NCBI GenBank assembly: GCA_010093995.1
Contig: ML992505.1
Span: forward strand, 1 to 64,000
From: Elsinoe ampelina
Taxonomy: Eukaryota
Direction of reading: 5' to 3'
DNA length: 64,000 nt
The stretch's first letter is position 1, and every line of letters starts with the position of its first letter. The position numbers were made by a program, and so were the translations under genes. Shown piece by piece: positions 1 to 10,498 of the stretch. A model generated the notes under the pieces. That model did no database searches and was not told the origin of the DNA. It saw nothing but the letters and a program-made list of their open reading frames with translations.

Positions 1-720
1 GGACTCATGATTATGGCTCTGTACTCCAGCGGAACCATGAGCCCTCAAGAATTCCATTCTGACTCCTGCCGATATGATCTACTTACCAGATCTGAATCTG
101 GTATCATGAAAAGCTATTGAATATCAATCTGGCTGTCCTGAGAACCCTGGACCCCGGAAAATGATGGGGGAATGCTGAGAGGTAGTTAGAAAAGACAAAG
201 ACAGGAGGGGAGGTAGGTATTTCTACTGAAGATCCTGGTTGTCTATTATTCAATCGAGGATCATAGGCTCTAGGATTTCCCTGATAACTCTAGGAGCGAT
301 ATCCATACATACAATCTGAGTACCATGGAGTCATCTATGATTCTTGGACCTCCTGTTTGCTAGGAAATTCATTCTGCTTCAATATGTATTCTATGTCTGT
401 CTACTGGTCTGCCTGGGCCTCTCTGAATTTGTGGGGATGTTCTGGAGTTCCTGACTGTCAGGAGCAAAGCTGCCAAGACCCCTACCCCATATTTTCTCAG
501 GAACTTCAAAAGATTTTCAGGACAGTCCCAGCATACCATGACCCAGATTCTGGGAGTAATACTCGATGATTCTAGATGATACTGAGTATCATGGAGGACC
601 TAGGTGATATAAGTAATCTCTGAAAAATTCAGAGGGAAAAAATCTTAGGAAGTCCTAAAGAATGGAGGTTAGGAATCCCATTAGAATCTAGGAAAATACC
701 CTAACCCTGCTCTAGTAAAA
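1..720. repeat. CpG-depleted degenerate repeat-like DNA at the window edge
   Basis: Moderate GC but only a handful of CG dinucleotides (about six counted in 1-600) while CA/TG is abundant. No credible ORF. Short recurring motifs, e.g. CTGAGTA(C/T)CATGGAG near 316 and 582. Confidence 0.5.
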
Positions 721-759
721 CCATTGGAATGTACCCTTCCTCCTAAGACATATAGTGTC

Positions 760-2289
760 CAGGAAAACTACTTAGCTAATAGAAGTACTCTATTTATTAC
801 TAAATAAGAAACTCTAATTAGAGTTAGGTATAAATAATTACTAATTCTATAGTAGGATAGGATCTACTAATAATAGTATTTCCTCTTACTCTAGAACTTA
901 AATATAAGTTTCCTCTAAGGAAATTACTTTCTCTACCTTATTTTCTAATTTCTATATTACTTTATATAGGTAAAGCTTATTACCTATAGCTCTTTAATAA
1001 GCCTCTTTTACTTTTTTATAAGCTTCTTTAGCTTTCTTTCTAGTAGCCTTAGCTATAACTAATTCCTTTTATAAATAAATATACTTAGACTAGAGATACT
1101 ACTATTTTAATTTTATTACTTAAATGTTATAACTTAAGTAGTTACTTATAATATACTAGCTATAGATACTTAACTAAATATAGACCTTATAATTTAGCCT
1201 CTTTAATTTATAACGAGAATAAGCCTATAGTATATTAGTTCTAAATAGTTTAATAAACTCTAAAAGATTCTTTTATATAAATATACTAGATTTACTATAC
1301 CTTTAATAACTAGAAGGTATATTTAGTATATAGTATATAAAGATAAGAAGAGATACTTACTTATTAGAATAACTTAATTAAAGAAGAAGAGTAATATTAT
1401 AAACTAGTAGAATAGCTAAAGTATAGAGACGTTAGGACTAATTAAACTACTAAGGTTATTATAAGACCTAGTCTAATATTTACTTAGTTCTTTATCTTCT
1501 CTAGTAGCTCTACTCTAGAGACTATAGAGTATATAGGTTACTAGTAGATATATACTTTATACTACCTCTAGCTTTCGCTATAGAGTATATAAAGTATATA
1601 GAGTATATAATAAAGAATATAAGTATATAGGAATAGTCTTTACCTTATATAAGTACTATAGTTAACCTTATCTAGATAGTAAATACTAGTATTACTAAGG
1701 CTAGCCTTTATAATACTATCTAATTATACTTTATTATCTATAAGATATACTTTCTCTAACTCTTACCTTAGTACTATACTACTATAGAAGTAGAACTACC
1801 TTATTCTTAGCTTAGCTTAGACTACTAATATAAGCTATATTTAAATAGTTTATAATATATAGTATTAACCTATATAGTAGTAGTAAGAATCTATTATAGT
1901 ATATATAGAAACTATAGTTATAATAGTTTCTTCTTTAATTCTTTAATTCTTTATAAGTAGTAGTTATTAGTAGTTATATAAGTAGTAGAATAACTAGATA
2001 ATTTAATAGCTTTATTACTTAGTTATAGTTATTTTAAAGTCTTAATATAGTAATTATAACTAGTAAGATAAAAGGTTAATTATATCTATTTATTAAGATA
2101 TTAAGACTTAGAAGAAGAAGAAAAGCTAGTATATAAAGTATATATAATATTAAGAGTAAAGTAGCTAGAAGCCTAAGCTATAATACTAAAATTATATAAC
2201 TAATCTAAATAATCTAAACTAGATCTAATAATCTAAATTAGATTCTAACTAAATCTAGTTTATATCTATCTTATATTATTATATTAAAG
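760..2289. mobile_element. RIP-degenerated AT-rich repeat/transposon relic
   Basis: Very AT-rich, TpA everywhere, CpA/TpG almost absent, stops in all frames: the classic RIP signature. Contains a fossil ORF. Element class not determinable by eye. Confidence 0.8.
772..1320 (-). pseudogene. RIP-fossilised ORF: Zn(II)2Cys6-like cluster followed by a coiled coil
   Basis: One minus frame has TAT codons at 1221, 1212, 1191, 1164, 1155 and 1131, spacing x2-x6-x8-x2-x7. Read as TGT before RIP, this is the Zn2Cys6 pattern. It is followed by KELVIAKATRKKAKEAYKKVKEAY, a charged helical stretch. Putative start ATG>ATA at 1320; 3' end approximate. Confidence 0.65.
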
Positions 2290-4697
2290 CGCCTATTACT
2301 ACTAGTACTAGTAACTAGGTAAATATCTATATCTAAGCTATTACTCTTATAGTATAAATAACTTTAGAAGAGAAAGTAAATCTTACTAGTAGTTAGCATA
2401 TAAGTAATAGAGCTACTAGTAATATCTTACCTATTCTAAGAGTTAGCTTTCTAGGTCTAGTACTTATAGATACTAGTTAAGGTATTAGAAACTTAGATTT
2501 TGTTAGTAGCTTTCTAAGTAGTATATACTCTAGTGTAAGGTCTATTAAGTGTATCGCAAAGTACTACTAGTAGCTAATATAGACAGCTAGAATCGCGGCT
2601 TAGAGCGTGTAAGGGCGATAGCCCTAGGTACGGAGTTTAAGAACAAGAGTAATAACGTCTTACTTGGTCCTGTCGTTGGCCCGTTAGGTCGCATCAGCAA
2701 AGGCGGGCGCAATTGGGAAGGCTTCTCGAATGATCCGTACCTATGCGGTGCTCTTGCATTCGAGGCGGTGTCTGGTGCACAGTCTTCTAGGGTCATTACA
2801 AGTACCAAGGTTCGTCGCCTGACCTTCAAAGCAGACATGCGACGACTGATATGACCACCAGCATTTCATCCTAAACGAACAAGAGCTCAACAGGAATCCA
2901 ATTCGAAACTCCACCGCGCTGATTGAATCATCCTCGTGAAACATTGACGACAAGACCATGCATGAGTTGTACCTCTGGCCGTTTGTGGACGCCGTCAAAG
3001 CAGGAACCGGCTGCATCATGTGCTCTTACCAGCGAATCAACAATACTTATGGGTGCCACAATGCGAAGACCCAGAATGGCATCCTGGCAACTGAGCTAGG
3101 CTTTCAAGGGTTCATTGTCTCTGGTAGGTCATCGTTTGTCCTCATGCCATATAGCACTAACTTGGTAGACTGGAACGCCCAACATGCTGGGGTGGCTTCT
3201 GCTCTGGGAGGTCTTGACATGGTCATGCCATCTGCCAATGCTTTCTGGGGCCCCAACCTCACGCAAGCTGTCCGAAACGCCTCAGTGCCAGAAGCCAGAT
3301 TGAACGACATGGTCACTCGTATTCTCGCTGCATGGTACAAATATGGCCATAACGAGCTCCCACCCGGCTTTGGCATGCCCGCAGTCCTCACCACTCCACA
3401 TGAACCGGTAGACGTTCGTGATCCTGCAATGAGGGGAGTTCTCCTTTAGGGTGCTGTCGAAGGCCATGTGCTGGTCAAGAACGACGGCGGCTTACCTCTC
3501 TCATCTCCGAAATTGCTCAGTCTGTACGGCTACGATGCCCTACCGCCTCGTCCATACAATCCATCGCCACCAGGACCTCAAACGAACAATAGCTGGGTAG
3601 TCGGTGGTTCTCCACTAGATCCTACCACTCCCGCTATCAATCGCTCGATTGCCTCGGAGGGTACACTCATGACCGGCGGCGGATCTGGTTCTGCTACACC
3701 TTCCTACATTTCGTCGCCATACGAAGCTATCTCCGCCTATGCTCAAAGAAAAGGTATTGCCCTGTTCTGGGACTTTGACAACGTCAACAACACTGGTGCC
3801 GTCGTTGGAGCCACAAACGCATGCCTGGTCTTCATCAATGCCTGGGCTCAAGAAGGCAATGACCGACCCGATATCGCCAACGCCCAAGACGACCAGCTTG
3901 TGAACAATATCGCGGACCAATGTAACAACACTATCGTCGTGATCCACAACGCCGGGATCCGCCTCGTCGACGGCTTCTACGACCACCCCAACGTCACCGC
4001 CATCCTCTATGCTCACCTTCCCGGCCAGGACAGTGGCAACGCTCTCGTCGAGATCCTCTTCGGCAATCAATCCCCCAGTGGCAAGCTTCCTTACACTGTT
4101 GCTCGCCAAGCACAAGATTATATCCCCCTCCTCGACCCTGTTCCTCCTATTACACCATACACCTATTTTCCACAAGATGACTTCTCCGAAGGCGGTCTGA
4201 TCGACTACCGCGCCTTTGACGCCTTGAACATCACACCTCGCTTCGAGTTTGGCTTCGGCCTAACATACACTACTTTTGAATACAGTAACATCTCTATCCA
4301 AGACATCGCCTTCACAAATGCAGCACAGTACCCCTCGGCCCCCATTCTTCAAGGCGGCAGAACCGACCTCTTTGATGTCCTCGCAAGAGTCGAAGTAGAC
4401 ATTACCAACACCGGCAATGTCCAAGCGGCAGAAATTGCGCAGCTGTACATCACGATCCCGAATTCGAGGATAAATGTGCCAACTCAGAGGGCGCCAGTGG
4501 GGAGGCAATTGAGGGGTTTTGAGAAGAGGGTGGTGGCGCCGGGTGAGACGGTGAGGTTTGGGTTTCCGTTGACCAGGAGAGATTTGAGTCAGTGGGATAT
4601 GGTAGTGCAGGAGTGGGGGCTTGAGCAAGGGACATATACGGTAGAGGCCGGGGGAAGTAGCAGGGATCTGCCGTTGAGGGGGGAGTTGAGGAGGTAG
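2290..4697 (+). pseudogene. GH3 beta-glucosidase pseudogene inactivated by RIP-type mutations
   Basis: GH3 motifs [56 protein letters not shown] and a C-terminal Fn3-like QLRGFEK. Introns 2540-2586, 2810-2861, 3124-3168. In-frame stops at 2316, 2334, 2355, 2394, 2478, 2588, 2937 and 3447. First exon/signal peptide not found. Confidence 0.92.
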
Positions 4698-5135
4698 CTG
4701 TGCAGGTTGTGTCGATATCAAAACCGTTGAGGAGAAAGCGATGATGTGGTCAAAATCGCGTGAGCGAAAGCTTTAATTCATGCTACAAGTTTCTGCACAC
4801 CACTGAGGGGTATCAGGGGAATTCTGGGAGTAAACATTTCAACCTGCCTTTCATCTATCCGATCCCTCTAGATCTGCCTCGTACGCCGTGATGGCACCAC
4901 CAACGGCTCCTCAGCTAATGCTAGCGCCGCGTCAAGGAGGGCAAATTGCGTGCGGCTGAGTAAAAGGAATAGCACGTTCCCTCTAAACGCAAAACGAATG
5001 GGTCCGAGGTGATCAACTCAAAGGACCGAGCGGATCCACGATATTTGGCATGTCCGTTGAGTATTCTACAAATATCGCTACCTTCCTTTTGCTATGCAGT
5101 AACAGCCCCGCTCCGTTCTAACCAGTACTATACAA

Positions 5136-6152
5136 TTACAAGTTCGCCTTCGGCACGAGCACAGCTCTGTACCTGACATTCCCTTCATCCAGCTTCTGCA
5201 TTGCCTCCTTGATACCCGCCTCGCTCATCTCGAACTTCTGAATGACAGGCTTGATACCGTGACGTGCGGCAAAGGTCAACATCCGCTGATGAATATACCT
5301 TGAAGCAACCAACGAACCCTGGATGGTGACACCAGCGAGGAGAAGCTGCATGTATGGGAATTTAAAGTCGCCCTCCGAGACGGAGAGCGGGTAGACAACA
5401 GCACCAGGAGCCAGGATGGGGACGTAGACGTTCCAGTCGGGCTGCGCTGAAGTGGTGACGAGAAGCCTATCGATGGGCTTGGTGGTGCTCTTGAGATCCT
5501 TCTCCTCCTTGAGAGCATGAAACTCCTTTGCTCCGAGATGCATGGCCTCCTCCTTCTTCGCCGGCGAGCCAGAGAAGACGACGACCTCACAGCCCATCTT
5601 GGCGGCAAATTGAATGGCCAGGTGACCTAGCCCACCGACACCGACGACACCAACACGATCCGTTGGCTGAGTGTCGTACATGTGCAGAGCGTTGAAGACG
5701 GTGGCGCCACCGCACATGAGAGGCGCGGCATCCTCGTCCGTGATCTCATCCGGAAGCTTGAACAGGAACGACTCATGCCAGACTGCCTCGGTGGCGAAAG
5801 ATCCCTGGTCGGTGTCGGCGAAACCGTACATAGCTCGCTCCGGGCAAAAGGTTTCAGTGCCCTTGAGACATTGCTGGCATTGGCCGCAGGACGAATGCTC
5901 GTAGCCCCAGCCGACACGGTCGCCTTTTTTGAGCTGCTTGACGCCAGGACCGACGGAGAGGACTTCGCCTACGCCTTCGTGGCCGAGGGCGATGCCGGCT
6001 TTGAGGTAGTGGAGGTCGGTGCCGCAAACGCCCGAGGCGGTGACGCGGAGGTGGACTTCATCGCCCGAGAGGGAGGGCTTTGTGGTGGTGGCTTTTTCAA
6101 TGTCGCCGGACTTGGTGCCCTTGAAGACTGTGAAGGAGATATCTCCGGGCAT
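5136..6152 (-). CDS. Zn-dependent alcohol dehydrogenase (MDR superfamily, cinnamyl-alcohol-dehydrogenase-like)
   Basis: CGTDLH, GHEGVG, CGQCQQC..C structural Zn site, APLMCGGATV and GVGGLG Rossmann motif; 338 aa, intronless. Confidence 0.93.
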   Translation of the reverse strand: MPGDISFTVFKGTKSGDIEKATTTKPSLSGDEVHLRVTASGVCGTDLHYLKAGIALGHEGVGEVLSVGPGVKQLKKGDRVGWGYEHSSCGQCQQCLKGTETFCPERAMYGFADTDQGSFATEAVWHESFLFKLPDEITDEDAAPLMCGGATVFNALHMYDTQPTDRVGVVGVGGLGHLAIQFAAKMGCEVVVFSGSPAKKEEAMHLGAKEFHALKEEKDLKSTTKPIDRLLVTTSAQPDWNVYVPILAPGAVVYPLSVSEGDFKFPYMQLLLAGVTIQGSLVASRYIHQRMLTFAARHGIKPVIQKFEMSEAGIKEAMQKLDEGNVRYRAVLVPKANL

Positions 6153-6725
6153 TGTGATGGATCTTTTGGGGGTTTGGGGCGATGCGAAGGGTGTTTGGAT
6201 GATGATGCTATGGTGGAATGAGTGTGGGAATTGACCGTTATATACTCTTCAGGGTTTACTGATCAAACCCTGCGTGCTTGCAAATACCACCAGCGATAAC
6301 ATGACGTTGCGTGTATTGACAGGTCTGATATCATATCTCCGTTTATGGCCACCAACTGTCGTTCGCAGAGACTTTGCACAGATTTGTGGCATTAGTAATT
6401 CATGGAACATCCAATGAGCTTCTCTGGGCTTCGACGCGATCTCGGCTCTGGCAAACACACGGACGAGGTTCGGGATGTGCTTGAGAACCGTGACGACAGA
6501 AGAAAAAGCTCTTCAACGATGAACGTTTGGAAGATTTGCTGGGAATTTTTTTTGCTGGGGGTGACGTCGATCGGATTACAAAAAAGCTTGTCGGGTGTCG
6601 GGAATAGCCTCGGCTTCACATGTCTGAAAGTTGTTTTCTGTCTTTGGTTCGAGCTACATCACTTCTGATCGTTACAGCCGAGAATTGCTAACTTACAGAA
6701 TATTATCGGTCGTCAGACACTCCCT

Positions 6726-7419
6726 TCATTGTACCTTGGACGCGACTGCAGGCTGCGCTTGTGCCTCCAGTTGCTGCCTCGCCGCACCATGCTTGGATGG
6801 GACGACCTGGGAGGGCGGAGGCTCCTTGACCTCGACCAGTCCTCCTTCATTCCTGATAGCTACCAATGCATTGCACCTTGTACACTTATGATGCCAAGTC
6901 GACGTCTTTGACCTCATCAGAGGTAGACACAATAGTAGAGGACAGCAGACCAGACACATCAAGCAGATGACGATTCTGGTCATGATTAGAGCTACCCGGT
7001 CAAGCCATGAACAGTCACGGCACTCACCCTGAAGGATTCTCTTCTTCGACCTTGACTTGACAATCCGTCTTGGTCATCTTGTCGCAAAAGGGGCAATCGA
7101 TCCATGCTGGTACAGTGCCGAGTCGCTTGGGCGGCGTTACCATGGCTGGGGCATCGCCCATGTCGATTTGTGGTGTCGCATTGCCAGAATTCGTCTTCTC
7201 GGTCGCAGCTGGTCTATACACAGTCAGCGACAGCTTTTCAACGCTACGAATTGCTACCTACTCGGTTTGTATGATGTTCTGGAGGTCGTTGTCCTCACGC
7301 TGCGGTCCGACCTGTGGTCCATTGATCCAAGTCTCGTTCCTGGTGTATTCTGGTGGCGGTGGTTGAGCGTGGCTGGTAGGTTCTCTCGTTGTGCTGTGTT
7401 GCTGCTTGTTATCATCCAT
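6726..7419 (-). CDS. LITAF-like zinc-ribbon membrane-associated protein
   Basis: Exons 7419-7262, 7213-7028 and 6975-6726 splice in frame. N-terminal PPEY motif, then CPFC, a hydrophobic Cys-rich stretch (IVICLMCLVCCPLLLCLP) and HKCTRC: the LITAF signature. Confidence 0.8.
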
Positions 7420-7870
7420 CTTCAGAGTTTTCGCGACAGATGTAGCAGAAGACGGGCGAGATTAGTGAAGAGAAGAACATTTCAAGCTTCGTCGACATAG
7501 GAGCATTAATTTTAAGGCAAGCATCCTCCTCTAGCATTCGGGGGCTTAGCATTGATTCACAGGCTGTGCGACGGCATGCAGGCGTATGTGCAGCTCAGCT
7601 TGAGTTGCCGTCCTGCCGCTGCAGTTCCAGCCTTGTTTCGTTCAGCTGGACGTCAGGCATCCCACCACACCGACGATCCGGACCCCGTCCCTGCATATCA
7701 CCTGCCTTTAGTGCTTATTTACCTTGTTTCATCTTATTTAGGTGTAAATGCTTCGCAAGGTCCTCACAGTTGAATGTTTACCAACACTGCGCTGGTAGTA
7801 TCGCTTTGAATCAGAGCTGCTGACCAACACATTCAATGCTCTCTCTATTATCGTTTCTACAGTTCTGGTA

Positions 7871-9607
7871 ATGAGGCTTCTGAAGACCGACAGCATCGAG
7901 TTTTTCGGTGAGGACGATGCTCTACCGACAAAATATGCTATACTATCACACACCTGGGGCGAAGGCGAAGTACTCTTCGCAGACATCATCAACGGCATCG
8001 CCCGAACTTCCAAACCTCTGGCCTTCTCCAAGGTCGAATCCGCATGCAAGCAAGCTGCTCAAGATGGCTACGATGCGATCTGGATCGATACATGTTGCAT
8101 CCAGAAAGATAGCAGCGCTGAGCTGAGTGAAGCCATCAACTCAATGTACATATGGTACAAGCATGCCGGTGTATGCTATGCCTACTTGTCCGGTATTCCT
8201 GTTGGCTTGACACCGAACGACTCACAGTTCTACAGTGCTGTGGCTGCTGCGAAATGGTTCCGGAGAGGCTGGACACTGCAGGAGCTATTGGCGCCTTCAA
8301 ATATCATTTTCTTCACCGAGGGCTGGAGTGTGCTAGGGAACAAGCACGACCTGCGGAATGTGCTCTCAAGCATCACCGGTATTGATGTCGACGTGCTAGA
8401 AGACTCCCGACGAATCGAGCTCGCCAGCGTAGCAAAGCGAATGTCATGGGCTGCTGGTAGGATCACAAAGCGCCCCGAAGACCGTGCCTACTCCCTCATG
8501 GGAATCTTCTCCATCAACATGCCCATGCTTTACGGCGAAGGCGGCACGCGAGCTTTCCTCCGTCTTCAAGAGGAAATCATGAAGCAATCCTTCGACGAGT
8601 CCCTGTTTGCCTGGATCACCACCTCCACTACCGAATCTACCCAGCACGGCCTTCTCGCCGACTCGCCTGACGCTTTCCAAAACTCCAACAAGATGCGCCC
8701 CTACGAAGATCGCGAACAACGCCCTCCCTACTCTATGACCAATCGTGGCCTCAGCATCAAGCTTCCCTTGACTATGCTCTCCGATGACCTCTGCATGGCG
8801 GCCCTCGACTGCCCTGTTCCCCCTACTTATCCCGATTCCAGCTTCCTCGCAATATACCTCAAGCGCCTACCAGGCGGTAACCATCAGTACGCCCGCGTCA
8901 ATCTCGGAAAACTAACCCAACTGCGTGACCGAGGGTTTGAGCAGTCGATCTTCGTCAGGCAGGCGTTTACAGACCTTCCTTTCCAGCAGATCTTTCCCCG
9001 CCACATTTTCCAGCTCCGGAATGGACCTGGCGCCGGGTACCGTCTTCTGCATACTATCGATAAGAATACAGGCACGTCAAGAGACTCTAAGCCCAATCCG
9101 CCCGCGATATCAACTTCGAAAGCAAAGTCCACTTCCTGGGTGCCCGGTCCGTCGACGTTCATCGTCGCCAAGCCCGCAGGTATCCTAGCTGTGGTCATGA
9201 TCTTCGGGTACGACGAGGAACAAATCGCTGTTCTCCTCGGATCTCTGAACGATTTCCAAGTTGGCTTCTGTGCGGTCGACGCTGGTAGTCTCACGCTGGA
9301 CCAGGATGCACTCTTTGATTCGTTTCAGGCATACTACCGGCCTCAAGAGATGGGAAGTAATGTTGAGTTGGGGAACCATGACGCCAAGGTGAAGGTGGAT
9401 GAGGTGGTGGCGGCGGGTAACAAGTATTATATGGTCGATGTGGAGATGAGGGCGAAGCCAAGGGAGATGACATTGTTGGATGTGGTAGGGGATGTCTTGC
9501 TTGGGGCGAGGGCGGAAAGGGAGGAGGAACTGGATCTGGTGGAAGTGAAGCCGTCCAAGAGAGGTAGGTGGTTGGGGAAGCTAAAGCCTGGAAGGGTAGA
9601 TCGTTGA
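7871..9607 (+). CDS. HET-domain (heterokaryon incompatibility, HET-E N-terminus-like) protein without NACHT/repeats
   Basis: YAILSHTWG, WIDTCCI.K.SSAELSEAINSM, WFRRGWTLQELLAP and EDRAYSLMGIF..NMPMLYGEG motifs; 578 aa, intronless. Confidence 0.92.
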   Translation: MRLLKTDSIEFFGEDDALPTKYAILSHTWGEGEVLFADIINGIARTSKPLAFSKVESACKQAAQDGYDAIWIDTCCIQKDSSAELSEAINSMYIWYKHAGVCYAYLSGIPVGLTPNDSQFYSAVAAAKWFRRGWTLQELLAPSNIIFFTEGWSVLGNKHDLRNVLSSITGIDVDVLEDSRRIELASVAKRMSWAAGRITKRPEDRAYSLMGIFSINMPMLYGEGGTRAFLRLQEEIMKQSFDESLFAWITTSTTESTQHGLLADSPDAFQNSNKMRPYEDREQRPPYSMTNRGLSIKLPLTMLSDDLCMAALDCPVPPTYPDSSFLAIYLKRLPGGNHQYARVNLGKLTQLRDRGFEQSIFVRQAFTDLPFQQIFPRHIFQLRNGPGAGYRLLHTIDKNTGTSRDSKPNPPAISTSKAKSTSWVPGPSTFIVAKPAGILAVVMIFGYDEEQIAVLLGSLNDFQVGFCAVDAGSLTLDQDALFDSFQAYYRPQEMGSNVELGNHDAKVKVDEVVAAGNKYYMVDVEMRAKPREMTLLDVVGDVLLGARAEREEELDLVEVKPSKRGRWLGKLKPGRVDR

Positions 9608-9622
9608 GTAGAAGGCTTGTTG

Positions 9623-10498
9623 TCAAGGAGGAGTGAGTTGGCGAGCGACTGGTAAAGTCATTTCTACCAGCCATGGTTTGTTGGCCCACTCGGAGGGTCC
9701 CGTTTGGAGAGCAGCGTTAACCATAAGAGTACCTTCGGAAGCGTCGAAGATACACGGCGGATCGTTGCTATCTGCTTTTGTTATGCGGATCTCACCGTCA
9801 CGTGGTCTGTTAGGCTTGGGATCGTCCAACTTGAGGAAGGTCGTGCCATATCCCTCATGAATGTGGCCGAAACAATGCATCCGTGGTCTGGTCCGCTTTA
9901 CCGCTGCTAGAAGATTACTACCACCACAATGCCCACCAAAGGCCGACAGATCTAGTATGCCTTTGGGTGGTCCATGTGTCATCACAATATCGATGTCCCG
10001 AGGGATTGGCTCTGTTGCAATCGACTTGTTTGGGGTATCATCGGGTCCGTTAAATCGATCCAGATGATGCCAGTGGCCAAAAGCCCAGTCCCCGAATCTT
10101 GGTGTGTAAGGTGATGCGTATATGGAAAAGATTGCGCCGTGTGACAAGACGAACTCATGTGTACCCTCCTCCAGAAAGAAAATACCTGCATCTTGGGCTT
10201 CTGGTCCGGTCCAGATCGCAAGGGCGGCTTTGTGGTCTTCTGGCTCATCAAGCTCGTAATCCGGGTCAAGTTCCAGATCGTGGTTACCAGCTATCACCAA
10301 TTTGATCTCGGCGTCGACGTTCTTGATCATGTTGAAGGCTTTGCTGAATTCTGGCAGCCCGCCATTCTGAGTAAGATCTCCACAGTGCAACAAGACGTCA
10401 ACCTTGGGCAGTCGCCGAAGTGGTGATCTTTCGTCCTGATAGTCGAGATCGTGGGTATCCGACACTACCAGGAAGCGGCTCGCCGACCGGGTTTTCAT
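9623..10498 (-). CDS. Calcineurin-like metallophosphoesterase (MPPED-like)
   Basis: All five motifs present: SDTH, HCGDLT, AGNHD, THGPP, FGHIHE. Confidence 0.9.
   Translation of the reverse strand: MKTRSASRFLVVSDTHDLDYQDERSPLRRLPKVDVLLHCGDLTQNGGLPEFSKAFNMIKNVDAEIKLVIAGNHDLELDPDYELDEPEDHKAALAIWTGPEAQDAGIFFLEEGTHEFVLSHGAIFSIYASPYTPRFGDWAFGHWHHLDRFNGPDDTPNKSIATEPIPRDIDIVMTHGPPKGILDLSAFGGHCGGSNLLAAVKRTRPRMHCFGHIHEGYGTTFLKLDDPKPNRPRDGEIRITKADSNDPPCIFDASEGTLMVNAALQTGPSEWANKPWLVEMTLPVARQLTPP

Noticed and set aside
357..569. 70-aa ORF in the left repeat
   Set aside because: Non-ATG start, no motifs, lies in mutated repeat DNA.
667..708. Telomere-like GGTTAGG and ACCCTAACCCT
   Set aside because: Fewer than two full units each; expected by chance.
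2958..4697. Two separate GH3 genes, or stop-codon readthrough at 3447
   Set aside because: Both ORFs are one frame of one gene; seven further upstream stops make a pseudogene the simpler reading.
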